The notes under the pieces are model-generated. The model made no database searches. It was not told the origin of the DNA and worked only from the letters and a program-made list of their open reading frames with translations. Both the position numbers and the translations under genes were made by a program. This document shows, in pieces, positions 53,356-64,000 of a stretch of 64,000 nucleotides of DNA. Source of the stretch: Phoronis australis (lineage: Eukaryota > Animalia > Phoronida); contig NMRA01000078.1 in assembly GCA_002633005.1 (NCBI GenBank), positions 319,868 through 383,867 on the forward strand. Direction: 5' to 3'. Positions within the stretch are counted from its first letter, which is position 1; each line of letters opens with the position of its first letter.

Positions 53356-54193
53356 CATAGGCGGATTTAGGGGGGCCCAGGGGGCCCGCCCCCCCTCCCC
53401 CCCTTGGCTGCCGCAAAAAAAATAAAACAGCAAGAGCGTAGGGAAATGTTGAGTTTATTAATTAACCCCGNGCAGTGGCGCTGCGCACTACGACTCCGTT
53501 TCCGTCGTCTGCTCCACCGTGCAATGAAGGAAATTTACTTCATTTTTTAAAGAAAACGGAACCTGAGTGACGATAAAAAAACAGAAACTGCTGGTAAGAT
53601 GTCAATATTAATCGTGAATTGGTGAATCACTCAGAAACTCATAATTCTCTCTTTGTCAAACCTTAACTTAAGACGATTTCCAAAGCAATCCCGTCATTAT
53701 TGCCAACACGAAAAACGGATTTGGTCTTTTGGGCATTTGAAGACTATTTTCAGTACAACGAATTTTTTAAGAACCAATTGCACAAAATAAAAAACGTGTA
53801 ATAAGCATTACAAAAAGAAGTAGGTTTCGCGCGCAAACGCTGTGGACCATAAACAAGTAGGTCTCGTAGCACACTGGTGTAGTGGTTAAGCACGCGTGCG
53901 CTAACCCAGGGGTTGTGAGTTCGAGTCTGTGATACACACGGTTTTTACTGTTTGGCATGTTTTCCGTGTTTTTTTTTTTTTTTGCTTTTTTTCTTGGATA
54001 ATTCTTCAGGAATCAAGGAAAATGCTTGATTTTTAAAGGAAAAAACAGAAAAATTTCCTGGGCTGGAGGGGGGCAAACCCCCCTCCCGAACTCTCCCCAT
54101 TCGGTGCTATACGCATCTACAATCGTGGTTTGCGTAAATGCTTACAGCCGCACAAAATGTTGCCCCCCTTGTGATATCCTAGATCCGCCACTG
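53356..54193. mobile_element. Non-autonomous DNA transposon (CA(G/T)(T/A)GGCGGAT(C/T)TAGG TIR family) containing a tRNA-like segment
   Basis: Left CATAGGCGGATTTAGG, right CCTAGATCCGCCACTG; flanked by an ATGTA direct repeat; G/C-run subterminal regions. Confidence 0.75.
53868..53946 (+). other. tRNA-like Pol III unit (SINE head or pseudo-tRNA)
   Basis: A box TGGTGTAGTGG (53875), B box GTTCGAGTC (53919), TTTTT at 53942. No intact cloverleaf. Confidence 0.55.
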
Positions 54194-55240
54194 ATGTAGT
54201 AGGCCCGTTAGAAACTGAAAGATCTCGAACTGTCTATTGACTCGGCAGCGCTCGTTACGAGTATACGTCTAAGGATTTTTGAGTTTGGAATGTTAATAAC
54301 TTATGAAGTCTTGCAAATCTAATTTACCGCAGTTATGGGTGGTTATTCGCAAAATACCGACAAGGATGTCTGTATAATGGAAAACCAACATAAAACCCCT
54401 TGAGCAATGAATTATTCACTTCTTATAGTAACAGTTGTGATCCCAAATGATACGTGCTAAACAAGTATATCCCCAATAGTTTGAGAAAAGAACATTGCTA
54501 CTTTCACAGAGGAAGTCATCAATGCTTGTCAAAAGTCACAAGTATCGTTGGCCTTTTGGATGTTAAAGTATCGCCCAAGTTACCGAGCTAAATCGATGTT
54601 TGCGGGCCTAAGACTCCATTCGTGTCTCTGGGGGTACTTTATAAGACCGTAGTCGCTGTTGTTATTTATATGCCTTACTTGTAAGATAATTGATTGAATT
54701 TGCAAGTAACTTTGTGGCATAGGCGGTTGAGACAGAACTTCGATCTTCGCTGAGCGCATCGACGGCGCTTCTGGAAGTTCTCGACTAAGTAGCGGAGCTA
54801 GTGGTTGGGCACTGGGTCGAATAAGTTGGACGAATGGAAATGGTCACTCGTTGAAAGCAAGTAAGTGGTTTGATTCGTGAAATCTTTTGCTGTATTGGGA
54901 AATAGCATCGAACAGATAATCTGCGGTTATTGATTTGTGCACGGAAGCAGAACGGCGTGTTTATTTTGGTGTATTGCCTGTGCTTTTTAGTGTCTCGGAG
55001 AAGCGCACGACCGAGTGTACGTATATTGACGTGGTTTCAGTCACAAAGTACAATCTCGGTCGTTATGAAATCTGATAGTGGTATCACTTCTTGATCACGA
55101 TTTGATAATTAAAAACCAATCAAATAATAAAGACTACTCAAACGCCGGGTGAATATCTTAAAATGCATCAACTGGAAATCTGCAAGTGCACAATTTTTTG
55201 AAAGAACTCTCAAATCATACAATTTGTAAGCGTAAGATGG

Positions 55241-55380
55241 AAAATCTGTATTCTGCACAGGAATGATATTAAAAATATTACAAACAAAATCTGTATTCAG
55301 CACAGGAATAATATTATAAATATTACAAACAAAATCTGTATTCTGCTCAGTAATAATATTATAAATATTACAAACAAAAA
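55241..55380. repeat. 45-bp tandem repeat x3
   Basis: AAAATCTGTATTC.GCACAGGAAT.ATATTA.AAATATTACAAAC-like units at 55241, 55286 and 55331. Confidence 0.93.
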
Positions 55381-55829
55381 TAGTGAAAACTAAATACGCC
55401 ACTTTCTTATTACACGAGCAAATTCATTTTGGTTGGAATCTTTCCTCACAAGCGATCTGTAACGACAAAACAACAGTAGCTTTCATTTGGAAAAATCAAC
55501 AGCTGATAGCCGATGTATTTAAATTCTTTATGTGCGAGTAGTTCGCCAATAATTGAGCGCAACAATTAAACAATGTACGTTGTTCACTATGGTCAATTTT
55601 GAAAGGAATAGGGCGTGGACACGGGTGGTGCGGTGTACAGCGCAAAAGAAAAACAACGCGCCTACCATTGATGACGTTCGTATAGTGGTAACCATTCATC
55701 CATCCTTCACCTTAGTTTGCACTGGTCGATAACAGTATTAAAGTCTGTTAATATTGCGGCTTAACAAATTCTCAGTTATGAAAAGGAGACTAAATTGCCA
55801 ATCAATGAAGACCAGTTATCCAAGGTAAA

Positions 55830-55835
55830 TTTATT
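55830..55835 (-). promoter_or_regulatory. Candidate polyadenylation signal of the minus-strand F-BAR-like gene
   Basis: TTTATT on + (AATAAA on -), about 375 nt past the TGA at 56210. Confidence 0.45.
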
Positions 55836-56209
55836 AAGAAACAATTATCCATTTAACATGAAAAATCAAAATAAAAGGTTCGCGCAATTTTAACTGATTG
55901 GTTTGGCAGCAGATCATCAAGGATACATAGACCATCTTGTACGCCTTATAATTTGTTAAATACACGCTAATCTTGTCTATCAAGTTATTGCTTCAACAGA
56001 CACTCGCTTGAATTCAAGGGATATCCGTCCGTGCCGCAAAGAGCAAGAATCCAAGTGCCAGTGAGACAAATAGACAGAATTGTCGTATATTTCCCAAATT
56101 TTGCGGAAATTTACTTCAAACGATATTTGTGTGATGGGCGCAGAATACGTCCATATTAATATTCGACAACTCGCAGAGCATTCGCATGTACTCAGAGTTA
56201 AACGGTGGT

Positions 56210-56570
56210 TCAAGAGCTATAAAACGCATTTAGTAGACCGCAGTCTTTGTCGTCAACCGTTACTTTACTTTCTGCAGCTGAATCAGAGAATTCGTGCTCT
56301 TCGACCACGTTGTCATCTCTTTCTGCGAGGTCACTAGGACCGAGCCCTTGAACTGCTGTGTACTCTATTAACGTTTCGCCTGAAGAGGGCATGATTGTGT
56401 TAGTCAGGTACCCACTGACGTCACTTGGCTTTGAACTCTCGTCTAAGTTTAACATCATACAAGCAGTTTTCGACCTTGCTTGAAGTAAATTGATTGTGTC
56501 CTCCATGGAAGGTCTCAGGCAAGGCTCGCTGAAAGCGTCCGTCTTAAGGCCGGTAATACCTTTGATATTC
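56210..56570 (-). CDS. F-BAR-like uncharacterised protein, terminal exon 7
   Basis: ctctacag|G acceptor (phase 2). Open for 120 codons: NIKGITGLKTDAFSEPCLRPSMEDTINLLQ...LLNAFYSS*. Confidence 0.7.
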
Positions 56571-56639
56571 CTGTAGAGTAAACGAAAAGATAGGAGTTAC
56601 AATTCGCTCACAAAAAATGCCAAAGATATTTGTAACAGT

Positions 56640-56810
56640 ACATGACAATCAATAATGACAAAACCAAGGACTAATGATTAATACTGTAATACTATGACGA
56701 TGCCAACGACGACGATGATTACATTAACGGTCATGATGGTTTTGTTAATGACGATTTTGTGATTGTAACGATGACGATGATCATGTTGATAGTGACATGG
56801 ATGATAAACC
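56640..56810. repeat. Degenerate GAT/GAC/AAT trinucleotide simple repeat
   Basis: Runs such as GACGACGATGAT and GATGACGATGATC, inside an intron. Confidence 0.7.
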
Positions 56811-58517
56811 AAGCTTTCATCATGACACATTCGTTGCGCTTAAAGACGCAATAAAATCACTGACGCCTCCTGTCAAAAAAAAAAACTTCTGATTAAAGTC
56901 ACTTAGCGTTAAAACGTCAGTTTTATCTTGTTCCAATGCTCAGATTCAGATTTTTGGATTTGAGAAGAAATGACGGGTCCTTATATTCCTACTAAGGCTA
57001 TAAACTGAAGTTGGTGGTCACGGCGGGTTAGTTTTATGTACTATACTGCCACAAGGAGAATTCCATGTGAGTAACCAGTGATCAAGCAAAATGCAAGAGA
57101 CGTAGCACTGGAAGGACAAAAACGTTTGCGAAAAAAAATGTTTTTAATATCCGAGTGAGATAGTCTATCTGCTTTAATTCACTCGCCCGCTGGCTTATGA
57201 CGCCGGGTCAAGTGGTTCAACCATATTGGACATTGAACTAGTTCCCTATGACGACTTCCTGCTCACCAACCAATCGGTGTCTTAGCCAGTGAGTGAATCG
57301 TGTGCAGCTAATCAGATCAGAAGCATGACAAATTGTCAAGCCATTATGTTATTTTTCTCTCGCTTTAGAAACGAAGTACATAGAAGTGCAGCAGTGACGC
57401 TCTGCTTTTAAAACGGAAGTCAATATTATTTTTTTGCAACTTATGCTTCAGTCATCACTATATTCAGACACTTTCCCGCCATGTGATGTTACTATTACGT
57501 CTTGGAAATACATGATCAACTTCCTGCCGATGTTTTTTATTTAACCGTCTCATGCCATTTTAAAAATTCAAAAAACATGTACTATTCCATACTTCCATTT
57601 TTATCATAAACATGCAAATTACAGGTCACCTGACCAAAAAGTTGTAACTTTGGCCGTGCGAAAACATGGCTGTCAACGGACGGTTTCAATAAAATGTGAT
57701 CAAGTAAACTGCACTGAGGAAAAGATTGAATTTAACTAAACTGCAAGAGTAAAGGATCGGAGAGCATCAAAAAAGAAAAAAGTTTATGGACAGCTAAGCA
57801 TGAACGTGTTGGACTTTACGTCTGGTTTTTAGCATGTTTTCTCTCAAAAGGTTTCGTTACCTCCCGGCGATAACAATCGGTTGGCAAGTGGCTCATCAAG
57901 ACCACCAACGCTTCCTTAGAGGACAGCACCGGTGGACAATTCAAGGCTAGTACATGTAGCCTACCACAAGACCACGCAACGAAAAGGTACTCGTAATTTC
58001 ACTGTGGGTTCACAGGTACACTTGCGAGTAGCGACCTTAGCTTGTTGGTGGGCACTCAGGATAAAATGGCCACCCAAGTTCGTCCTAATGTAACTGACGA
58101 CAAAGAAGCGGAGGTAGAAAGACGCAGCTGTGTGTTATTGACCTTTCGAAGTGTCATGTGCTTCTGAGTAGAGACAGGCAAGCAAAGAACCGGTCTGTAT
58201 TCGTGGACCCAAGTATTTTGTGAGCAAACCTAGGATTACCTAGTGCTTGGCTTGTAATGCATGGGAATATTTCGCGAACTCTTGTTTAATCTTGCGTTTT
58301 TGCGAGGTTGTACCGTTAATTGCGGAACGAAAAACATTAGACACAATGAAGATAAGACTATAGCTTATATTTCCAATTTCAGTCGTCAATTCTCGTACAA
58401 ATTTGCAAGTGTACTCGTGCCATGCCATTGGTTAACTTTCGAGCCAATTTAAGATTAGACCCGTTCAGCATTGCACTGGCGCCTTCACTGCATGACTCAC
58501 GAATTGTCCTTACTTAC

Positions 58518-58624
58518 AACGGGAAATGTGAAGATGGGCACGGGAAATTGTCAGAGACCCGCATGATGACGTCACTGGTGACTTCCGTCTGTCTGTCAAA
58601 CGTTGAAGCCGTGAGCTCACACTG
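58518..58624 (-). CDS. F-BAR-like protein, exon 6
   Basis: tatttcag|CAG acceptor, TT|gtaagt donor (phase 2, matches exon 7). Encodes QCELTASTFDRQTEVTSDVIMRVSDNFPCPSSHFP. Confidence 0.65.
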
Positions 58625-59122
58625 CTGAAATAGCGATTGGTGAACACAAACTTGTAAGAACGAATTACTCGAAAGTTTGAATAGTTGAAGATGTGCAAAA
58701 ACATAGTTTGATTCCTTGGCTATAACCACTAATTCAATTTTCTTCACTTTTTCTTTTATGTGTTTATCAGTGTACAAGACGTATTTGTGCCATTCAATTT
58801 GAGGAATATTTCAAATTTTCAAGAATGCTTCTATTGTGTCAAATGTAGTTCGAGTTTTAATTCTCAATTTACGTTCAATTTATGGCTGAGGTCACGCAAT
58901 TGCTACCAATAAGACTTTACCCATGCGTATTCTTTATTTATATGCTTAGACCTGAAAATCCTTATGCAGGATAACTTCCGAAAATCTTCTTGGAAGAGCG
59001 ATTACTACCGGTATGTGGTATAGTCATTGTGGACAGTGATCAGCATTTGTTCTACGGTTCAAATCCTTCGTGCGCCCAAAATAATAGGAACTTTGAGTAT
59101 GAGTTGATCGATGCCGTCCTAC

Positions 59123-59290
59123 CATCTTATAAAACTCCAATGACGATTGCATTGCCTCGTTACATTCTAGCATTTTTCTCTCGGCATGCTCCTTCGCTTT
59201 GCGCACGCGCTCGAGGTGCCTTTCGCCTGTCTCCGACCTCGGCGATTTGTCCATCAATTTGTTGTATTTCCGTTGTACGTAAGATAAATT
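59123..59290 (-). CDS. F-BAR-like protein, exon 5
   Basis: tattttag|AAT acceptor, ATG|gtagga donor. Encodes a charged coiled-coil, NLSYVQRKYNKLMDK...HLERVRKAKEHAERKMLECNEAMQSSLEFYKM. Confidence 0.75.
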
Positions 59291-59735
59291 CTAAAATACA
59301 CAAAGGGTCAAAGGTCAAACGATGACTGTAAGAAGTCATCTGATGAAATCACATTAACACATTTTTTATTTCTTTGTCAGTTGTTGATGCGATACTTTCC
59401 ATGTAACGTGTTACCTAGCTAGTTATGTACGCAGGTCTGAATAAACAATGTGTTACAGTATGCTATGGCGTTATGGTTATTACCTGCCCTAAAATTTCGT
59501 TTTCATCACCTACATGTACGGTTGCTTATTTAGGACATTGGAATGTAAAAAGCCAAAATTCGCTCGAGAATTTCATGATAATTTCTCGAAATTTTGAGAA
59601 TTTAAACAAATTTGAGCTCCTTTTTATTTCCCAAACCCCTAAATAAGTTCACCGCCATATTCACCAGTTCAATGCCAGTAAATGTCTTCTTGAAGCAGCG
59701 CGTCAATACACCTACGTGCAAAAAGTTACTCGTAC

Positions 59736-59844
59736 CTGACGAGATTTTATGAATTTGTCACGCCATGACAGGTATTCGTCGTTTGCCTGCAAAGCTCGTC
59801 GCAACACGGAAGATAGGTTGTCGACATTTATTCCTGCACTGCAC
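59736..59844 (-). CDS. F-BAR-like protein, exon 4
   Basis: tttatag|G acceptor (phase 2), CAG|gtacga donor. Encodes CSAGINVDNLSSVLRRALQANDEYLSWRDKFIKSRQ. Not in the ORF track. Confidence 0.75.
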
Positions 59845-61126
59845 CTATAAATTAGATATCAAAAAATACTAAGTAAGTGACACCCATTTTGGTTGAAATT
59901 TCAGTCTGATGATAAATGCTCATCAGATTTTTATCTGTCTGATCTTCATTCATGGAAAACTTCTTTGACTATTTATCATCGCTCAGTGATAAGAAATCAT
60001 ATAAATAATCCTAATCGATGATAAACTTTGCTGATATCGACCATTAATATGAATTCGTATTAAGCATCCGCAATGTGCCGCACCATTCATAAGAATTTAT
60101 AAAACTGGTCGACATGAATTCATATAAAAACTTTGTGATAAATTATGACCCCTCAAAAATTCCCTGTATACGTGACTGTATATCTTTGCGAGCTCGTGTC
60201 TCGAAATAGATCAATGAAGACCGCGACAATCTTTAGTTTTACACAGGCAGTTTTGGTTGACCACTAATTTATCATAGAAGAATTTTCGTATGACTTGATA
60301 TCAACCATTGCTATGAATTAACATGAATAGTATGACATGACAAGAATGGTTAATAACAATTCTTATTAACCTGAAACACAATTTCTCAATCAAGGTTTAT
60401 CATCAATAGAGTTAATTTATGTTTTCTTAGCACTGGGCTGTGCTACAGTTTTAAGAGGTTTTGATTTATAATTAGTCTGACATGAATTCATACCAACCAA
60501 AATGGAATGAACTTTCGACAACACCCTGATCGTTTCACGGGTACTGTGTGTGAAACGACTTACGTGTGTTTGCCTTTTGATTTTGCGGTCGCTACGGAGT
60601 GGAAAATACTTCCATCTAAACTTGCTGTGTGAAACTTCGAATCAGCCAAGGTTTGTTAAGTCTCAGTCTACATCGTTTCAATCCAGGTGATTTGACGTAT
60701 TTTTATCATTTTCAGTTTATTTTTTCGCGTGATCATGTGGTAGTTTATTTAATTATCTTAACTATTCTGTGCAATGGTGATTAACCAACATAATCTCATT
60801 GTTTATGGTAATGACGACCGCTGCAACAATGACGATATACCATGTTTATGTTTGTGTCAAAATGTCGCTTTTCCGGAAGCGTAATAAAATATAGCAAACG
60901 AAAGGATCGTGGGAGTTTGAATATGCAGAAATTAATAAAAGCACAATAGATTATGCATTTTAAAAACAGAAAACTTTGAGCATCTACTAAAGGGAACACA
61001 GTACTCAATTTGTAAAATCCTATTTCACGAAAGTTCTGCAGAGAAATCCATTGACTAAAGTCTAAGTTAATTTAAATACTGACACTGCGAATAAAGCAAT
61101 TAAAAGTGCAAAAACATATTACATAC

Positions 61127-61244
61127 CGTTTCAGGTAGTCAGCTTTGTCTGCGGCACTTTCCTTTAAATCTTGAATATGACTTCTAACAACCGCCACGTT
61201 ATTCACAACTGATCCATTAAACGTTTCACTCCATTGGCGGAATT
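61127..61244 (-). CDS. F-BAR-like protein, exon 3
   Basis: atttag|AA acceptor (phase 1), CG|gtatgt donor (phase 2). Encodes EFRQWSETFNGSVVNNVAVVRSHIQDLKESAADKADYLKR. Confidence 0.75.
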
Positions 61245-61676
61245 CTAAATATTTCATATACATCATTTTATTGAAGAGCAATTTATTAATACATGTAATG
61301 CTGTTTTAAAAAAAGAGTAAAAAGCAATACGATTTCGTTATAAATTTATGCCAAATAATTACAACAAAAATTGAGTATAAGTTGAAATGTGCATAAATCA
61401 GGACTTCCGGTTGACTCTATCAAAGTCAATCGGTAGGTTTGTTCTAGTTTATGCACTAGGCAAAGGCGCCAGGCTGGAACACTGTCGTATTCTTTTGATA
61501 ATCCGTGTATTTCACTCGTTTATATTGAGTGGTTCGTTGAACAGGAGATATTCAGAATGTTCACATGAACTACCCCCAAACACTCCAGAAGTTGTCATCA
61601 GCATCGCTACCTAGGCTACCTGTCGTAAAAACTAAACTATGTCCATGAGTATTGTTTGCATAAAATATTTTCTCAC

Positions 61677-61810
61677 CTGTATTACTCAATGTTCTCTGAT
61701 CTCTGTCAGTTAGTTTGGTCATTTTCTTCATATGAGTGTCAACGATCTTGGCCATCTTCGAGAACGCTTCCGCCTCTTTTCGCTCTATTCGGGAGAGCTG
61801 TTTCAAACGA
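61677..61810 (-). CDS. F-BAR-like protein, exon 2
   Basis: ctttctag|T acceptor (phase 2), ACAG|gtgaga donor (phase 1). Encodes RLKQLSRIERKEAEAFSKMAKIVDTHMKKMTKLTDRDQRTLSNT, resembling the FCH helix pattern (...IE.eYa..l.KLA). Confidence 0.78.
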
Positions 61811-61914
61811 CTAGAAAGGCAAACACGTGCAGAGGTTAGTGCCTGATGATGTCCGTGCAATTAAGCTGCACGGTTAACTGAAACAGGTCACCAGTCTGGC
61901 CTTCTCGTGGCTCT

Positions 61915-62156
61915 CAGTGGCCGATCTAGGCCAGTAAGGGGAGGGAACAACCACGTTTTGGTCGTATATTCTTGTATCTCTCAGGTGACTGATCTAGGAT
62001 GTTGTAAGCGGAGGAAGCAACCACTTATTGGTCGTGTCTGGAGAGGGAAGTTTGTTAGGGCCAGCCTACCGGGTCCTCTCTGACCTACGAGTCCTAGGTG
62101 ACCGGAATTAGTTGGTTTACGAACCATTTTTAACACGGTCCTTAAATCCGCCTATG
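61915..62156. mobile_element. Short MITE of the same TIR family as 53356..54193, opposite orientation
   Basis: Left CAGTGGCCGATCTAGG, right CCTTAAATCCGCCTATG. Confidence 0.65.
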
Positions 62157-62819
62157 TGATCTCAATGCGACCACCACACGCGGGCATAGGAGGTTCTTAA
62201 AACCCGGGTCGCTATTATACGCAAAGTCAAGGCACCGATAACTGCCTTGTGCCGTGCTAGTGGCAAGTGCTGGTTTCCCATATATGGCTACTTAGGTTTG
62301 CCGTCCAAACCGAAGCAGGCGGTCTAGGAAAAAGCTGTGTAATCTGACATCGCACCGTGAAATTATTTTGTGACCACTCCTTATAAAATGCTTATCTTTT
62401 TAGAACAGCCTAGGCCTGCTAAGCCTCGTTTTGGTGACACTTTACCCTGTATGTGACTGTTGGCCCGTGTTTCAATACTAGTAAACTACCACCCCTCCAA
62501 AATAAAGCAATTAGTTAGTTAACAATTCTTGGATGTGTCACAAAGTGAATTTTGAGAAGCAGGGTTCAGGTTTCGTTTTTTTCCACATACATGTAGCCGT
62601 CGTCTAACTAGTGGCCCAAAACGTTGGTGACGCTCAGCGATGTTGCATACTTCAGAGACCGCGGTTGACGACGCTTAGAAAGCATAAGTTTGTTTCAAAT
62701 TTTGCAAAGAGTTTAGCAGAATATGTTTTAATGGGCTTAAACAAGGTTTAGGATTATTTTAAACAAGCATGTTCTTTCCGGTTTTATGATCATCAAACGT
62801 ATGGATGTTCTAGACTCAC

Positions 62820-63028
62820 TCCTTGCCGAATTCAATGTACTGCAATTTTGTACACAGGTCCCTCTTCAACCAGTCTGCGTGGTCGGCAGAGCCCAGGGTA
62901 TCGATGATAGACTCAAATGACACCACTCCAGTCCTCAGTTCTAGCTCAGACTCTGTCTCCATCTTTGTCTTGTGTCGAGTTTCACGGATGACGTCAGTCA
63001 TTGTTTTCTTTGCTTTGCACTCCGGCAT
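62820..63028 (-). CDS. F-BAR-like protein, first identifiable coding exon (putative ATG at 63028)
   Basis: Encodes MPECKAKKTMTDVIRE...DWLKRDLCTKLQYIEFGK, then GA|gtgagt donor (phase 2, matches exon 2). A possible acceptor at 63081-63082 leaves the true start uncertain. Confidence 0.7.
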
Positions 63029-63489
63029 TGGCCGTGCATGAATTGCGTAGTCGCGAGAACCTCGCGAAAACGCAAGTCCACTGAAGATTTAGCGAGATAT
63101 TGCCATGTATTGCAAGCGAAGCATGAAACCAAACTTAAGCTTCTTTGAATTCTTTTTGCGTCCACATTACTTAACCCAGGACCGAGTTCCAAGAACAAAT
63201 TGCTTGTAAGAAAAGCGAGATCATACAAAAATCACGCAAACCCACGCGAGTAGCCTGAGAACGGACTGAATCTTGGCGTATGCTAGTGCAATGACCGCGG
63301 TTGAAAATATTGGTTGCTAAGAATGGAATGTTGAATTAAGGGAGTTGCCTGTAAGTAAAACGCTAATTCTTTTACATATCCCATGATTTCTGACAGCAAG
63401 TATTCGATCACGAGAGTGTCTTGTGTGTGAATAGAACAGTGGTACCACCTGGGATATGTAAAACCAAGACTAAGATCGTAAATTTCATC

Positions 63490-64000
63490 CTTCAAAAGAT
63501 ACTTGGCTACTTTAAAAGATTTATTCCCTGAACACCATCATAGGTCTTTCTCCGTGTGGACCGTCTTCGCAGCACAGGTCCGTGATGCCACTGAACGTTT
63601 CATCCCCCACAAAATTACAAGACCAAAATACCGAGTTCCCTGGATAAATCCTAAAACCAAAAATAAGTCTTAGAAAAAGAGACAGACTCTTTCGCCGCTC
63701 AAAACGCACTGGAAACGAACCAGGCAGAGAAACTTTCCTGAACCTCGGAAAACTTATTAAAAGTCTATAATAAATAATAAACGCACAATTTTCTAAAGTC
63801 TTTACAGATATGCCCAACAAGGACACAAGCCCCTATAACTCTATTCCTGATGTAACTTTGTCCACTAATGGTGTCCACATTTGCAAAGTCCCAACTTTCA
63901 TAAAGCCGCTGTACCGGATGAAATATCTCCTCCGCTGAAGATATTGCACCAGTCCTTCAGAAAATATTTACCAAATCCTATCCATCATCTGCAATCCCGT
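63490..64000 (+). mobile_element. Decayed non-LTR retrotransposon (CR1/L2-like) ORF2 fragment, endonuclease-RT linker, truncated by window end
   Basis: Frameshifted pieces WTVFAAQVRDATERFIPHKITRPKYRVPWINP, RKRDRLFRRSKRTG, QFSKVFT, HKAAVPDEISP and AEDIAPVLQKIFTKS..IP match the PW..RKR..F.SVFT..KA.GPD.I..IAP.L..IF..S pattern typical of these LINEs. Confidence 0.85.

Noticed and set aside
58240-58330. Helical-looking peptide KRKIKQEFAKYSHALQAKH as an exon
   Set aside because: There is no acceptor AG in a suitable position, and the frame ends in TAG at the would-be donor.
60563-60668. Extra exon of the F-BAR-like gene (good GTAAGT donor)
   Set aside because: No acceptor gives a phase-2/phase-2 open frame, and exons 3 and 4 join cleanly without it.

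Overview
This is AT-rich, intron-rich eukaryotic DNA, most likely from an invertebrate animal (inferred from gene structure and repeat types); it is not prokaryotic and has no CRISPR array or operon. Three spliced genes can be built by hand with GT-AG introns and consistent phases. (1) The 3' five coding exons of a TBC1D30-like Rab-GAP lie on + (2986..33229; the 5' exons are outside the window). (2) A complete 8-coding-exon GEMIN2 (SMN complex, about 250 aa) lies on - (45061..36558), convergent with gene 1. (3) A 7-exon, about 401-aa helical protein lies on - (63028..56210) and resembles a highly divergent F-BAR protein without the usual C-terminal partner domains. The rest is introns and intergenic DNA rich in MITEs, tRNA-derived elements, minisatellites and a decayed LINE ORF2 at the right edge. 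A 1164-bp near-identical duplication flanks a 136-N gap and is probably an assembly artefact. I do not see a wholly new multi-gene system. The best leads are a duplicated, synonymously saturated LxxIxE (PP2A-B56-type) motif in the TBC1D30 tail and the orphan F-BAR-like gene. All homology calls come from recalled sequences, not from database searches.
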